From IMG/VR virus record IMGVR_UViG_2510065065_000004, positions 32,001 through 96,000 of that record: a DNA stretch of 64,000 bases; one strand, 5' to 3'. The first letter of the stretch is position 1; each line of letters begins with the position of its first letter. Below the pieces are notes generated by a model. The model had not been told where the DNA came from and made no database searches. It saw only the letters and a program-made list of their open reading frames with translations. Positions 17,864 to 27,291 of this stretch are shown here, piece by piece. The position numbers and the translations under genes were made by a program. This DNA comes from a virus (taxonomy: Duplodnaviria > Caudoviricetes).

Positions 17864-18226
17864 GTGACATCCGTAGCGTTCGATACACTTAAATTTGCGA
17901 ACCGGCTGAAAACGGCAGGGGTTCCTGCGGCGCACGCGGAAGCCGAGGCCGAAGCCTTGGCCGAAGTGTTGGAAATAAATTTACAAAGCCTTGCTGAGTC
18001 TGAATCTAAAAACGGCAAGGCCTTAGCGCGCCTTGAAGCTGATATGAAGGAAGGCTTTGCGCAGGTTGACCAGCGCTTTGCGCAGGTGGAAAAGACCATG
18101 GACCAGCGCTTTGCGCAGGTGGATACGCGCTTTGCTGAGATAAAAGGCGAAATGCTCCTGCTCAAGTGGATGCTGGGCGTGCTCGTGGCGGGCGTTGCTG
18201 CACTGATCATCAAAGCGTTTTTCTGA
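17864..18226 (+). CDS. DUF1640-like coiled-coil protein with C-terminal TM
   Basis: AFDTLKFANRLKTAGV..AEA; RFAQVD repeats; LLKWMLGV. Confidence 0.75.
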   Translation: MTSVAFDTLKFANRLKTAGVPAAHAEAEAEALAEVLEINLQSLAESESKNGKALARLEADMKEGFAQVDQRFAQVEKTMDQRFAQVDTRFAEIKGEMLLLKWMLGVLVAGVAALIIKAFF

Positions 18227-18227
18227 G

Positions 18228-18506
18228 TCACGCCAGCACCTCATCCACGCCTTGCAAGGAATCGACCACGACCACGCGCAACCCCATGCCGCGCATACGC
18301 TCCTGCTCACGGACTTGATGCGGTGCGCACTGCTGACCGGGGGCTTTGAGTTCCACCCACAGGGTGCGCCCGTTGGGCAGCATGGCGATACGGTCCGGCG
18401 CACCGTGACGCCCGCTCCATTTCACCTTGCGGATTTCACCGCCCTTGGCCCTGACCTGGGCCACTAAATAACGTTCAATTGTCCGCTCACGGGGGATGGT
18501 CATCAT
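18228..18506 (-). CDS. VRR-NUC nuclease
   Basis: ERTIE..GAPDRI..WVELKAPG..Q motif. Confidence 0.85.
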   Translation of the reverse strand: MMTIPRERTIERYLVAQVRAKGGEIRKVKWSGRHGAPDRIAMLPNGRTLWVELKAPGQQCAPHQVREQERMRGMGLRVVVVDSLQGVDEVLA

Positions 18507-20683
18507 TGCTTCCTATACCGGTAGGTGTCGAAGCCTTCCGCCGCTAAGGGCAACCCCTGGGCCCAGGGGGGCGGTGTCGCCATGAGTGCAGCCAAGTGCG
18601 CGGCGTTGAAAGCGGCGTTGTCATCGGCTTCGGTGATGATTTCGTCATGCACGGTTAAAACGATCTGATACCCCGCTGCTTCAATCGCAGGCATGCAGGC
18701 GGCCAACACGTCGCGGCTCACGGCTTGGGTGATGTTCTCGACCAGCTTGCCGCCGTAGGTGGTGAGGCGCGTCCATTTGCGCGTCACCGGATGTGTACCC
18801 ATGTAGGACAGCGCGCCGTGCTCATCGACGCTGGGAGCGGCGTAGTAAAGCACCCGCCCCGACGGCAGACGCAGCCGCAGCCAAGCACGGCGGTACTGCA
18901 CTGTGATCCCGCAGCAGGTGTGCGTCGTTTCGGGGTGGTGGATCGCATCCGTCACCGCGAACTGCAACGCCTGCCAAAACGCCGCAATGGCCGGATGCGC
19001 ATTGCGCCATGCGCGTTTGAACACATCGCACGCCAGCCATGCGCGATCGGAGAGGCCGAAGGTGGGCCGGTGGTTCGCCTTGGTCCATTCAAGCAGTTCC
19101 GTTGCCTCCTGAAGTAGCAGCGGCGGGAAGACGGCCTGCGCGGCCATCGCCTCCAAATCAATGTGGTACAGCGCTGCAAAGGCAGCAAAGGCCCCGACAC
19201 CGCCGCCATACCCCAAGGCCAATTCCTGCACTTTGCCGATTTGGCGTTGCTCCTTGCTCACGGCCTGGGGCGCGATCCCGAACGAATGGGCATACGCCCG
19301 CTTGTAACTATCCTCCCCTTTGCGGACAGGCGCGTCCTCGGCATTGCGTTGCAAGGGGATCGGCGCACCGCACAGCGCCGCGTGCGTGATGGCCTCGCCG
19401 CTGTGCCATGTACCATCCACCCCTTGGCACGTATCAAACTCACGAAACGCGTGCAGTTTGGGGGTTTCACCGGCCAGCCACGCCAACACCCGGCCTTCAA
19501 TGTTGGACAGATCGGCCACGACCAGCTTTTTATGTGTTGGCGCAATCAGACAACTGCGCAGCGCGCTGCTGGTCAGCGCCATGACATCGTCAAAGACTAA
19601 ATCCACACAACCGGCTTTCATGGCATCGATGCCGACCGCGATCACTTCTTGGCTGAGCGTGGGGCGTGGCAGGTTGTGCGGCTGGAACAGCCGCCCCGCC
19701 CAGCGCCCGGTGCGACTGGCCCCGTTAAATTGCAGTGTGCCGCGCAGGCGACCGTCAGGGCTGGTGCAGTGCAGCAGCGCCTGGTACTTAGCGGTGCTGG
19801 TGCTGCTGGCTTGTCGGCGGATGGACAGCAGTTCGCGCACCGTCTCTGGGAGTGCCGGATCGTCAATGCACCGCGCGACCGTGTGTTGCTGCATGTCCGG
19901 CAACGCCACGCCGTGCGCGGTGTTCAGGTGCTGCAACAGTGCATCGCGCTGCGTCGCGGCCTGCACCGCGCCGCCGGTCAACGCCTCGGTACGCTGGGCT
20001 AACGTTTGCTTGGCGCGTTCCACAGCGCCAATCGCGGCCTGCACCAAGTCCGTATCGATGAGGACCCCGCGATCATTGATGGTTTGGTCCAGAAACCACA
20101 GCGCCAGCTCCGCCCCCGCGTAGTTGTGGGACGGCAACCGCTTCACCACCTCCCGCATCGCGCCCACATCGCGCCTGGCGTACTCCACAAACTGTGCCCA
20201 GTCCGTCGGATGGGTGTCACGTGTGGCGCGGCGCAGCGTGCAATGGGCGGGGCGTGGTTTGCAAAACAATGCAATGAGCCGTTTGCCGTCCTTCTCCTTG
20301 GCTTGCTCCACGGGAACGCGCAGCAGCTCGCATAACGTGCCCAACGCCCCGGGCAGCGCATGGGTCAAAGCCTGGGCCATTGAATCGCGCCAGCGCTCCA
20401 AGGGGATAGTAATGCCGCAATGGCGTAGTACGGTCCGATCAAAATGAGAGTTGTGGAAATACAGCAGCACTGCGGGATCATGCAGCGCGGCGGACAGATC
20501 GTCAGGCATCGTGGCCGTGGCCGTGCAGTCCCACACCTGCACCGGCCCCTCACCCAAGGCGTAAGCAAACAACAACAGCTCGGCGTGCTCGGCATACGCA
20601 TGCACTCCATGGGCCATCGGTACGGGGGAGTACGTCTCGAGGTCCCCCCATAGGATCGGTGCGGGTGGCTGCGTGGTGGCCAT
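18503..20683 (-). CDS. Phage family-A DNA polymerase
   Basis: Exo motifs DLET, HNSHFD, YARRD; pol motifs ADLSNIEGR, RQIGKVQELALGY, VHDE. Confidence 0.92.
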   Translation of the reverse strand: MATTQPPAPILWGDLETYSPVPMAHGVHAYAEHAELLLFAYALGEGPVQVWDCTATATMPDDLSAALHDPAVLLYFHNSHFDRTVLRHCGITIPLERWRDSMAQALTHALPGALGTLCELLRVPVEQAKEKDGKRLIALFCKPRPAHCTLRRATRDTHPTDWAQFVEYARRDVGAMREVVKRLPSHNYAGAELALWFLDQTINDRGVLIDTDLVQAAIGAVERAKQTLAQRTEALTGGAVQAATQRDALLQHLNTAHGVALPDMQQHTVARCIDDPALPETVRELLSIRRQASSTSTAKYQALLHCTSPDGRLRGTLQFNGASRTGRWAGRLFQPHNLPRPTLSQEVIAVGIDAMKAGCVDLVFDDVMALTSSALRSCLIAPTHKKLVVADLSNIEGRVLAWLAGETPKLHAFREFDTCQGVDGTWHSGEAITHAALCGAPIPLQRNAEDAPVRKGEDSYKRAYAHSFGIAPQAVSKEQRQIGKVQELALGYGGGVGAFAAFAALYHIDLEAMAAQAVFPPLLLQEATELLEWTKANHRPTFGLSDRAWLACDVFKRAWRNAHPAIAAFWQALQFAVTDAIHHPETTHTCCGITVQYRRAWLRLRLPSGRVLYYAAPSVDEHGALSYMGTHPVTRKWTRLTTYGGKLVENITQAVSRDVLAACMPAIEAAGYQIVLTVHDEIITEADDNAAFNAAHLAALMATPPPWAQGLPLAAEGFDTYRYRKQ

Positions 20684-20684
20684 C

Positions 20685-21839
20685 TCAGGCGGCGACCTTC
20701 AGCGAGTCAACCACCGTCGGATTCCAAAGAATCTGGTAGCTGCTATGCCCGTTGCGGGAGTACGGAATGGCTTCGCCCCATACGCGACCGGCTTCGGTTA
20801 ATTCCCATTCGTCGCGTTCATTACGGAACTGCAAGCCGCTGGAGGCTAATAAGTGGTTCGCCTCTTTGGCCGAGCAACGGAGCTGTTTGCCTAGTTGCGT
20901 GGCGTTGAGTAGGCAAAGCGGGTCCCGCAGTGCAGGCAATGCACGGCGTATTTCTTCGGTCGTTAGATTCGTATTGCTTTTGATGCAGGCCAAGGTTGCG
21001 GCGGCGGCAATTCCTGGTTTCACGCCCGGCACCGTGGAAATGTATTGGCCGATTAACAGGAGTGCGGCAATGCGATCCTGTGTCGGCCCAGGCAAGGTGG
21101 GCAGCGCCCCAGGGGTGGAGTACGTGCCTGTTTTGCGCAGGGTGGGCAGGACTTCCTCAAACACCCAACGCTCGAACCGTTCTGCGGCAGGGAGTTTGCT
21201 GCTCACAATCAAGCGGAGCATGTCAGGCTCGGAGATGATCCGGACTTCTTGAACTCCGCCTGGTGTCTGAAGGGGTGTGCGTTTCGCACACCCCTTGCAG
21301 TGGGCATCCAACGCTTTATGGGGATTGGCGTAGCCTAATACCGTAGCAACGTCTGTGCCGACAAACCACACTTCACCGTGATCATCGACCACGGTACGCA
21401 CGGCGTGCGATTCGAATTGGAATGGAGTTACTTCATTCATTGTGTGTTCCTCTGTGGGTTGGAAGGGAATTGAGATGAAAGGCGCGTGATGCAGGGGGAC
21501 ACTGTGTTGGCCCGCTTTGAGGGCTGCGGCTGCGGGCAGCGCTTCATCGGTCAGCCACTGTCTAAAGCGTTTAGCCGCCTCTTTGGTGCTGCCGATGAGC
21601 AGGGCGTACATTCCAGACTCATTGAGATAGTTGGCGCGTTGGGGGCCACCTGCCGTAAAGGTGGCGCGTTTCGATACATTCGCTGCATCCACGTGATGAG
21701 CAACTGCGGCGCACGGATTTAACAACGCCAACGCCGTGCAAATGTCATTGGCGTTAAACCACGGTGCACCGGCCTCATCGACCTGGACACGCACGGCTTG
21801 CGACTCGAACCGGAGCGTAAACTCTTGTGTTTTATTCAT
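20685..21839 (-). CDS. Antirepressor with two BRO-N domains and KilA-C-like tail
   Basis: Two PWF/VWF..LIxxS..A..F..W blocks; second RBS and ATG at 21440. Confidence 0.8.
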   Translation of the reverse strand: MNKTQEFTLRFESQAVRVQVDEAGAPWFNANDICTALALLNPCAAVAHHVDAANVSKRATFTAGGPQRANYLNESGMYALLIGSTKEAAKRFRQWLTDEALPAAAALKAGQHSVPLHHAPFISIPFQPTEEHTMNEVTPFQFESHAVRTVVDDHGEVWFVGTDVATVLGYANPHKALDAHCKGCAKRTPLQTPGGVQEVRIISEPDMLRLIVSSKLPAAERFERWVFEEVLPTLRKTGTYSTPGALPTLPGPTQDRIAALLLIGQYISTVPGVKPGIAAAATLACIKSNTNLTTEEIRRALPALRDPLCLLNATQLGKQLRCSAKEANHLLASSGLQFRNERDEWELTEAGRVWGEAIPYSRNGHSSYQILWNPTVVDSLKVAA

Positions 21840-21907
21840 GGTATTGTCCTCGGTGGTATGGCAGGGATTGGGGCGTGGGAGGGCGAAACGCCCTCCCACA
21901 TCGGGGT

Positions 21908-22474
21908 TCACCCCCACGGCATGGCGCCTTCAACATCGGCCAGCTCAGCAATGGCGCTCAGGTCCTCGAAGTCCTCCACGCTGGCCACACCGCCTCCAGC
22001 GAACGCCTCACCATCACCCACGAACTGCACACCACCCAGAGAGGCGTTAATCCGCTTGCCGTAGTTGTTGTCCTGTGCCCAGAGTTCTATGTTGGCGTTG
22101 ACGTAACACCCGGCATACGGCCTGCCGTCCTGCGCGGCGAGCGGGGCCCGATCACGGTCAATCACCAGTGGCCGGGACTTGTTACGCGCAGAGACGTATA
22201 GGTGCCCTGCAAACCCGTCATAACTGGCTTTCAGGTCGCCATCATGCAACGCGACTCTGTCGCCCATACGCATCTGTTTAAGCTGGGCCGCCGCCTTAAC
22301 GCCCCATTTGTCATTGGCCATCTTGTCAATCGCCTGGTTAAGGGCTTTGACTTGCGGATCGGCAGGGTCGATGAGGAAGCAGGCGGAGAACGCGGCTTCG
22401 CCTTCACCATTCACTTTCTTAGGTTCAAACAACACGGGGAAGGCTAAGCGCACGTTTTTTAGGGTGAGTTTCAT
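21908..22474 (-). CDS. DUF2815 ssDNA-binding protein
   Basis: NVRLAFP, LHDGD, YAGCYVNA, LGGVQFVGDGEAF, acidic tail. Confidence 0.88.
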   Translation of the reverse strand: MKLTLKNVRLAFPVLFEPKKVNGEGEAAFSACFLIDPADPQVKALNQAIDKMANDKWGVKAAAQLKQMRMGDRVALHDGDLKASYDGFAGHLYVSARNKSRPLVIDRDRAPLAAQDGRPYAGCYVNANIELWAQDNNYGKRINASLGGVQFVGDGEAFAGGGVASVEDFEDLSAIAELADVEGAMPWG

Positions 22475-23751
22475 TACGGTGTCTCCTGAGATTGAGGTGA
22501 GGGGGCGGTGTCTTTGGGTGGGGGGATGGGCATGTCGCTCAAGTCCTCGAAATCCGTCGCGTCCTGAAGGGCGAGCGGGGGGCGTTGATCCGACGTCGGG
22601 ACAACAACGGGTGCCCCTGTCGCCCTATGAATGAGCGGCTGGAGCTGGGTCCATTGGCTCTCCCCGATGATTCCGGCCTGGTGGAGTTTCTCGGCGCTCG
22701 TGGGGCTGATGAGGGACACGTCATGCAGGTGAGCGACTCCAATGCGCATCTGGATGAGCGCGTCCTCGGCGGCTGTCTCATCTACCCAACGGCGCGGCCC
22801 CTGTCGGCCTTGGACCAGCTTGTATCCAGGTACGGGCTGGCCTGAAAGCAATTCCGCTGCTGCCCTGTCGCGAATAGATTTACACCAGGATTCGATTAAC
22901 GCTGTTGCACCAAACAGGGAGGCCAACGTGGTGTTGTCAAACGTGCGCAGGGCCGCGTGGCTGAGCTGCGGGGCCACGGGCTGGGTGAGATCAACAAAAT
23001 CATCCGCGACCGTGGTCAGTACGTGCGTGGCCAACGCAGGGCAGCTCGCTTTGGCCTTGCAAAACCGGCAGGGCGTTTCTGCGGGGCCGAAATACTCCGA
23101 AGATAATTCGCCTACGTTGGTGTAGTGCCCAATCGCTTCCATACACCGCGTAGCACTGCGCTTGACCCGCTGTTTAAAATCCTCCATCTCGGGGAGGGTG
23201 CGCACCCACTCATCACTATGTCCGAGCCGTGGTTGCACGATCACTAGCCGCACCTGCTGGAAGTCTTCCACCCATCCAAATTCACTCAGCGCTGCCAGCG
23301 CATACAGCTGCAACTGCTCATTACCTTCGGCGAAGACTTTGACGCCTTTGCCGTATTTGAGATCAACGATGGTCAACGCATCCCCCGCCAAAATCACCAC
23401 ATCAGCGGTGCCTTTAGCGCCTTGCTCCCCCGTGATGGAGGCAATGTGTAAGGGCTGCTCGACCAGGCGTACCCCCGCAATGGCGCGCACGTAGTCCACA
23501 TACTCCTGCACGGACGCGGCCATCTCTGCGGTCACTTCCCAAATGCGACCGTTGATCTCATGGCGTTCTCCTACGTACGCGCTGGCATCGGACCCGGTGC
23601 GTAATGCGTTGGCAGCCACCGTATGGGCCACGGTGCCTTCATCGGCAAATGGGCTAGCGTCGTCTTGGCAGGTGCGCGTTAACGGAACGCTTGCCGGACA
23701 GTGCAGCCAGCGATGCGCACTGCTTGGGGATAGCATGGCGTGCTGGCTCAT
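22474..23751 (-). CDS. DUF2800 Cas4/RecB-like nuclease
   Basis: HAMLSPSSAHRWLHCPAS, GTAD..IVDLKYG, CRFCKAKASC. Confidence 0.88.
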   Translation of the reverse strand: MSQHAMLSPSSAHRWLHCPASVPLTRTCQDDASPFADEGTVAHTVAANALRTGSDASAYVGERHEINGRIWEVTAEMAASVQEYVDYVRAIAGVRLVEQPLHIASITGEQGAKGTADVVILAGDALTIVDLKYGKGVKVFAEGNEQLQLYALAALSEFGWVEDFQQVRLVIVQPRLGHSDEWVRTLPEMEDFKQRVKRSATRCMEAIGHYTNVGELSSEYFGPAETPCRFCKAKASCPALATHVLTTVADDFVDLTQPVAPQLSHAALRTFDNTTLASLFGATALIESWCKSIRDRAAAELLSGQPVPGYKLVQGRQGPRRWVDETAAEDALIQMRIGVAHLHDVSLISPTSAEKLHQAGIIGESQWTQLQPLIHRATGAPVVVPTSDQRPPLALQDATDFEDLSDMPIPPPKDTAPSPQSQETP

Positions 23752-24176
23752 GGCTCACCGTCTAGGGGCCAATCGCGGTCGTGGGCGTTGTAGTAGCTTT
23801 CGCAGCGCTCCACCACCTTCGGAAATAACTCCTCCGGTATCTTGGACAACACTTTGACGCCGAATGATTCCAAAACGTCGTAGGCGTACTTTTCGCCAAG
23901 TTCCTTAGACAGGGCTGTTAACGCCTTCGCCACCTCAGCATATCCAGGCGTGCGCATAACGTCCGTTGTGCTCTGAGCAGCAGCCGGTTTGGCAGCGCGC
24001 TGCGTCTTACCCGCAGCGGGAGGCGTTGCCGCCGTTGGTTTTTCAGGGGCGCTATCGCTGCGCGGTGTATCGTCAAACACAGGTTGCGCGGGGCTGCACC
24101 TGCTGGGCGGCTTAAGCACCGCCAAAACAGCGTTTAATTGGGCCTGGTCGGTAATGGTGACGGTCATAGGAAACAT
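23748..24176 (-). CDS. Hypothetical protein of the PolA module
   Basis: Pro/Ala linker plus LESFGVKVLSKIPEE C-terminal domain, typical upstream of DUF2800. Confidence 0.65.
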   Translation of the reverse strand: MFPMTVTITDQAQLNAVLAVLKPPSRCSPAQPVFDDTPRSDSAPEKPTAATPPAAGKTQRAAKPAAAQSTTDVMRTPGYAEVAKALTALSKELGEKYAYDVLESFGVKVLSKIPEELFPKVVERCESYYNAHDRDWPLDGEP

Positions 24177-24227
24177 GGGTTTTTTCTCTCGTGTGTGGGT
24201 TATCTGGTGCTAGTGCGTTGTCCGTTG

Positions 24228-24425
24228 TCACCACAGCGCATCGCCGTCTTGCTCCAGTGCGTCACGCACCTCTTCGTAGTCTTCTAGCAAGCCTTTAAGA
24301 CGCGATAACAACTCGCTTTCTACAGGCGTAAAACGCTCCACGGCTTGCCGGGTGGTTAGGTCATTCACAAGTTCGCTATCACTCATCGAACGCATGAACA
24401 TTTCTGTCGGCATGGGAGGCGACAT
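24228..24425 (-). CDS. Hypothetical early protein
   Basis: 65 aa, RBS AAGGAG upstream. Confidence 0.55.
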   Translation of the reverse strand: MSPPMPTEMFMRSMSDSELVNDLTTRQAVERFTPVESELLSRLKGLLEDYEEVRDALEQDGDALW

Positions 24426-24456
24426 ATAAAAACTCCTTCCCGAAAAACGTTCGGGG

Positions 24457-24648
24457 TTAGTGTTTGATCAGTAGGGATGAAAGCGTTTTGGCGGCGTCGT
24501 AGTGCGCGCGACGCACGCGGTAATTGGCGATGCGTAGTGCGTTGGGCGTTGCTCGGGTATCGCGCAAAATGCAGTGGGCTAACCAAGGGCGCGCGTAGTG
24601 ATTGCAACGTGCAGCGTGTTGTTCTTTCGGTGTGCGATAGCGGTTCAT
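24457..24648 (-). CDS. Hypothetical early protein
   Basis: 63 aa in the leftward operon, RBS AGGA. Confidence 0.45.
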   Translation of the reverse strand: MNRYRTPKEQHAARCNHYARPWLAHCILRDTRATPNALRIANYRVRRAHYDAAKTLSSLLIKH

Positions 24649-24671
24649 GGGTGGGTTTGTCCTGTGTCAGA

Positions 24672-24863
24672 TCACGCCGCACGCGGCGGGGTGGGCTGCG
24701 TGTTGTTTCGCATCGATGTGCGGTGAATGGCTGTAACGGCGATGACGGCGGGGAATCCAAAGCGCCGGTAGGCGTCAGACTTGGCCTCAACAGTTTTTTG
24801 GAACAGGCCGGTGTAGGTGTACACACCCTGCTTGGTGCGTGCAGTGATGGTGCAAGGAATCAT
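24672..24863 (-). CDS. Hypothetical early protein
   Basis: MIPCTITARTKQG..., RBS GGAGG, ATGA overlap with upstream ORF. Confidence 0.55.
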   Translation of the reverse strand: MIPCTITARTKQGVYTYTGLFQKTVEAKSDAYRRFGFPAVIAVTAIHRTSMRNNTQPTPPRAA

Positions 24864-25032
24864 GCGTATTCCTCCTGCATGGCATCGGCGATGCACTGTT
24901 GTTCAATCCATGCTTGCTCGTGAGGTTTAGCGCGTTCTGCTTTGCTGTGGGGACGTTGGCATGTTGGAGGCCAACCCCTTGGGGCGTTTATGATGGAAGT
25001 CCCAACAACCATCAAACCCCAAGGGGCCAGCC

Positions 25033-25155
25033 ATGACTGAGGAACAGATTGCGGATGAACAGGATTTTGAGAAAAGGTCAGGCGTTCCCCTACGCGGACC
25101 AACGCAGCTTCCCCCAGCACCCATGCCCCAGCCACCACCGTCAGAAAAACAGTGA
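25033..25155 (+). CDS. 40-aa proline-rich micro-protein
   Basis: MTEEQIADEQDFEKRSGVPLRGPTQLPPAPMPQPPPSEKQ; purine-rich RBS; stop overlaps RBS of next gene. Confidence 0.55.
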   Translation: MTEEQIADEQDFEKRSGVPLRGPTQLPPAPMPQPPPSEKQ

Positions 25156-25162
25156 GGAACTC

Positions 25163-25645
25163 ATGAATACAACAGCGCCAGAAGCACGTACTAAATATGA
25201 AGCTGAGTTTGATTTGGCGTATCACGTTCGCTTGTGCGAACGGCATATCCGGTTTTATTGCAGGCTGCGCAAGCTGTTTGTTTTTTCCAGTGTCCTTGCT
25301 GGAACGGTTGCAATTGCTAATGTTGTGAGTGGATTGCCTTGGTTGGTTTCGCTGCTGAGTGTGGTTGTTGCGGTGGCTGGATTGGCTGATCTTGTCTTTG
25401 ATTTGAGTAATCAGACTGTTGCGTATGAACACCAACGTCGTAAATGCGTGGAGCTTCAGGTGGAGCAGTCGGCATTGACGTTGGAGGAGCTTGATAGCCA
25501 GATGCGGAAAATTCTTATAGATGCTCCACCAGAAATTGAGGCACTCAGAATGCCTTCTTACAATGATGTTCTTCGCACACTCGGCCATGTTGCACGTGTG
25601 CAACCACTTAAACGTGTTGAACGCTTGTTGGATAAAATTGCCTGA
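25163..25645 (+). CDS. SLATT-like 2-TM membrane protein (antisense moron)
   Basis: Helix, two TMs, then helical C-terminus ending in a PP motif; similar to 27893-28432. Confidence 0.6.
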   Translation: MNTTAPEARTKYEAEFDLAYHVRLCERHIRFYCRLRKLFVFSSVLAGTVAIANVVSGLPWLVSLLSVVVAVAGLADLVFDLSNQTVAYEHQRRKCVELQVEQSALTLEELDSQMRKILIDAPPEIEALRMPSYNDVLRTLGHVARVQPLKRVERLLDKIA

Positions 25646-25704
25646 ATCCTTTTTATGCGGTTGTAAACGCGGATCGCTATAACTGCTATACCCAATGCCA
25701 GCCA

Positions 25705-26094
25705 TTACGCACCTGCCTTTGGTGTAGCGGCGGCTTTGTGTGCCAAATGGGATAGGACGGATTCATTAAAGCTGTATAATTCTTCACACGCATCTTTTAT
25801 CTGCGGATACAGTGGATGTGTTGGTTCTACACGTATATATTCGTACCCCATAGACGTACGCTGTATATCGCCGTCTGGCCTACCTACAAACCATGAGCGC
25901 ACCAAAGGACTGAACTTAACGTAGTGAGCTGCAAAAACTCGTATCGTTCCTTCTGAAGAATTTACACCTGGCTCTTTAAGGTAATCAGTAATGCATTGCC
26001 GCTCAGCACCTACAGCGTCCTGGATGTAAGTGTAGTAGAACAGCGGCGCTTCTTCAGGCGTGTTGGCCTGTACTTCTTTGGCTAAGGCACTCAT
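25705..26094 (-). CDS. Hypothetical early protein (paralog of next)
   Basis: Shares APLFY, IRV.A.HY..FSPLV, THPLYP. Confidence 0.7.
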   Translation of the reverse strand: MSALAKEVQANTPEEAPLFYYTYIQDAVGAERQCITDYLKEPGVNSSEGTIRVFAAHYVKFSPLVRSWFVGRPDGDIQRTSMGYEYIRVEPTHPLYPQIKDACEELYSFNESVLSHLAHKAAATPKAGA

Positions 26095-26648
26095 GCGGCC
26101 ACCTCTTTACTAACGGCAGCTTCAGCGGCTTCGTATGTAGCTAAAGCAGCACGAGCAGCAGCAAAAGCAGCATCACGCGCTTCTTCATCTTTAGCGGCGT
26201 CGTACGCAGCACACGCTTCTTTTTTAGCGGCTTCGAGCGCAGCACGAGCAGCATTGCGCTTTTCTTGTCGCTTTTTATCCGATGCAACGAGCTGCGCCGC
26301 AGATCGATTACGCACCGCCTCAAGGGCAGCTTTAACGTGCGGATACAGTGGATGCGTTGTGGCGACAGTGAACTTATCGTTGTCGAAATAATCCGTCATC
26401 ACGTCGGTGCTGTTGTACACCGTAAAACAGGAATGCACTAAAGGGCTAAAGCGCGTGTAATGCGTGGCGATGACCCTAATTGCCGAGTTATCCCTGTCGT
26501 GCGGCTTTTCGTAGGAGTAATTGGCGCGTTGTAACTCCGCGGCTTTCTCATCCCGAATGCCGTTCCAGTAGAACAACGGCGCTTTTCGAGTCCCTGATAA
26601 GGCCTGGTTAGCCTGAGGCTGGGCTTGCTCGCTAATGCTCAATGTCAT
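26091..26648 (-). CDS. Hypothetical early protein with Ala-rich coiled tail
   Basis: RBS AGGAGA inside a repeated leader; paralogous to 25705-26094. Confidence 0.7.
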   Translation of the reverse strand: MTLSISEQAQPQANQALSGTRKAPLFYWNGIRDEKAAELQRANYSYEKPHDRDNSAIRVIATHYTRFSPLVHSCFTVYNSTDVMTDYFDNDKFTVATTHPLYPHVKAALEAVRNRSAAQLVASDKKRQEKRNAARAALEAAKKEACAAYDAAKDEEARDAAFAAARAALATYEAAEAAVSKEVAA

Positions 26649-26650
26649 TT

Positions 26651-26695
26651 TGATATCTCCTAGCCCCTGCCGCCGTGTGCGGGTGTCGTGGGGCG
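26651..26695 (-). repeat. Duplicated structured leader/RBS, copy 1
   Basis: TGATATCTCCT(A)GCCCCTGCCGCCG..TGCGGGTGTCGTGGGGCG repeated at 27292-27335. Confidence 0.8.
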
Positions 26696-26735
26696 TGTTT
26701 GGGTGTGGGTGTTGAGCGCGGTTATGCTTGGCGCC

Positions 26736-27173
26736 ATGAACTGGACGAATGGGTTAACACTTGCTTTGGCGGTGCTTGGTGCGACGCTTGGCGTTTTTAA
26801 CGCGGTGTGGATGATTCGCCGCGACACTATTCGGCTGAAGGTTACTTGCTGGAACTCGTATCCAGTCGCCGGAGGGGCACCATTGAGGTCTGTGGACGTT
26901 ACAAACCTGAGTTACCTGGCAGTGACAGTGAAAGAGGTTGCCTTTCAAAAAGGGCGCACAGCCGACAGGAGAACACCCATCGTTGGAGACCACCTTGGCC
27001 GGACCAAACTTCCCCGCCGTCTTAAGCCGCGATCCGCATTGACTGTCGTTGCCTCCCCAGAGTATTCCGCCCTCTTCAAGGGTTCCGGCTTCACTCACGT
27101 GCGAGTCGTCACCGCTTGTGGTGTCGAAGTCATCTCCCCAATCCGAAGGGTGCGGCGGTGGTGGGGATCTTAA
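26736..27173 (+). CDS. Single-TM membrane-anchored protein (antisense moron)
   Basis: N-terminal TM LTLALAVLGATLGVFNAVW, then a beta-rich domain. Confidence 0.6.
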   Translation: MNWTNGLTLALAVLGATLGVFNAVWMIRRDTIRLKVTCWNSYPVAGGAPLRSVDVTNLSYLAVTVKEVAFQKGRTADRRTPIVGDHLGRTKLPRRLKPRSALTVVASPEYSALFKGSGFTHVRVVTACGVEVISPIRRVRRWWGS

Positions 27174-27291
27174 TAAGTTTATTTCCTGGTGGAAGGCCCC
27201 TGTACCTAATTTGAATGCAACCCATGCGTTGACTGCGGCACTGAACGCAGCTAAGCAGAGTATGAAAATTTGGGTGCTGTCTAACGACATC

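Noticed and set aside
22474-23751. CRISPR-Cas system suggested by a Cas4-like nuclease
   Set aside because: It is DUF2800 in its usual PolA/SSB replication context; no repeat-spacer array or other cas genes seen
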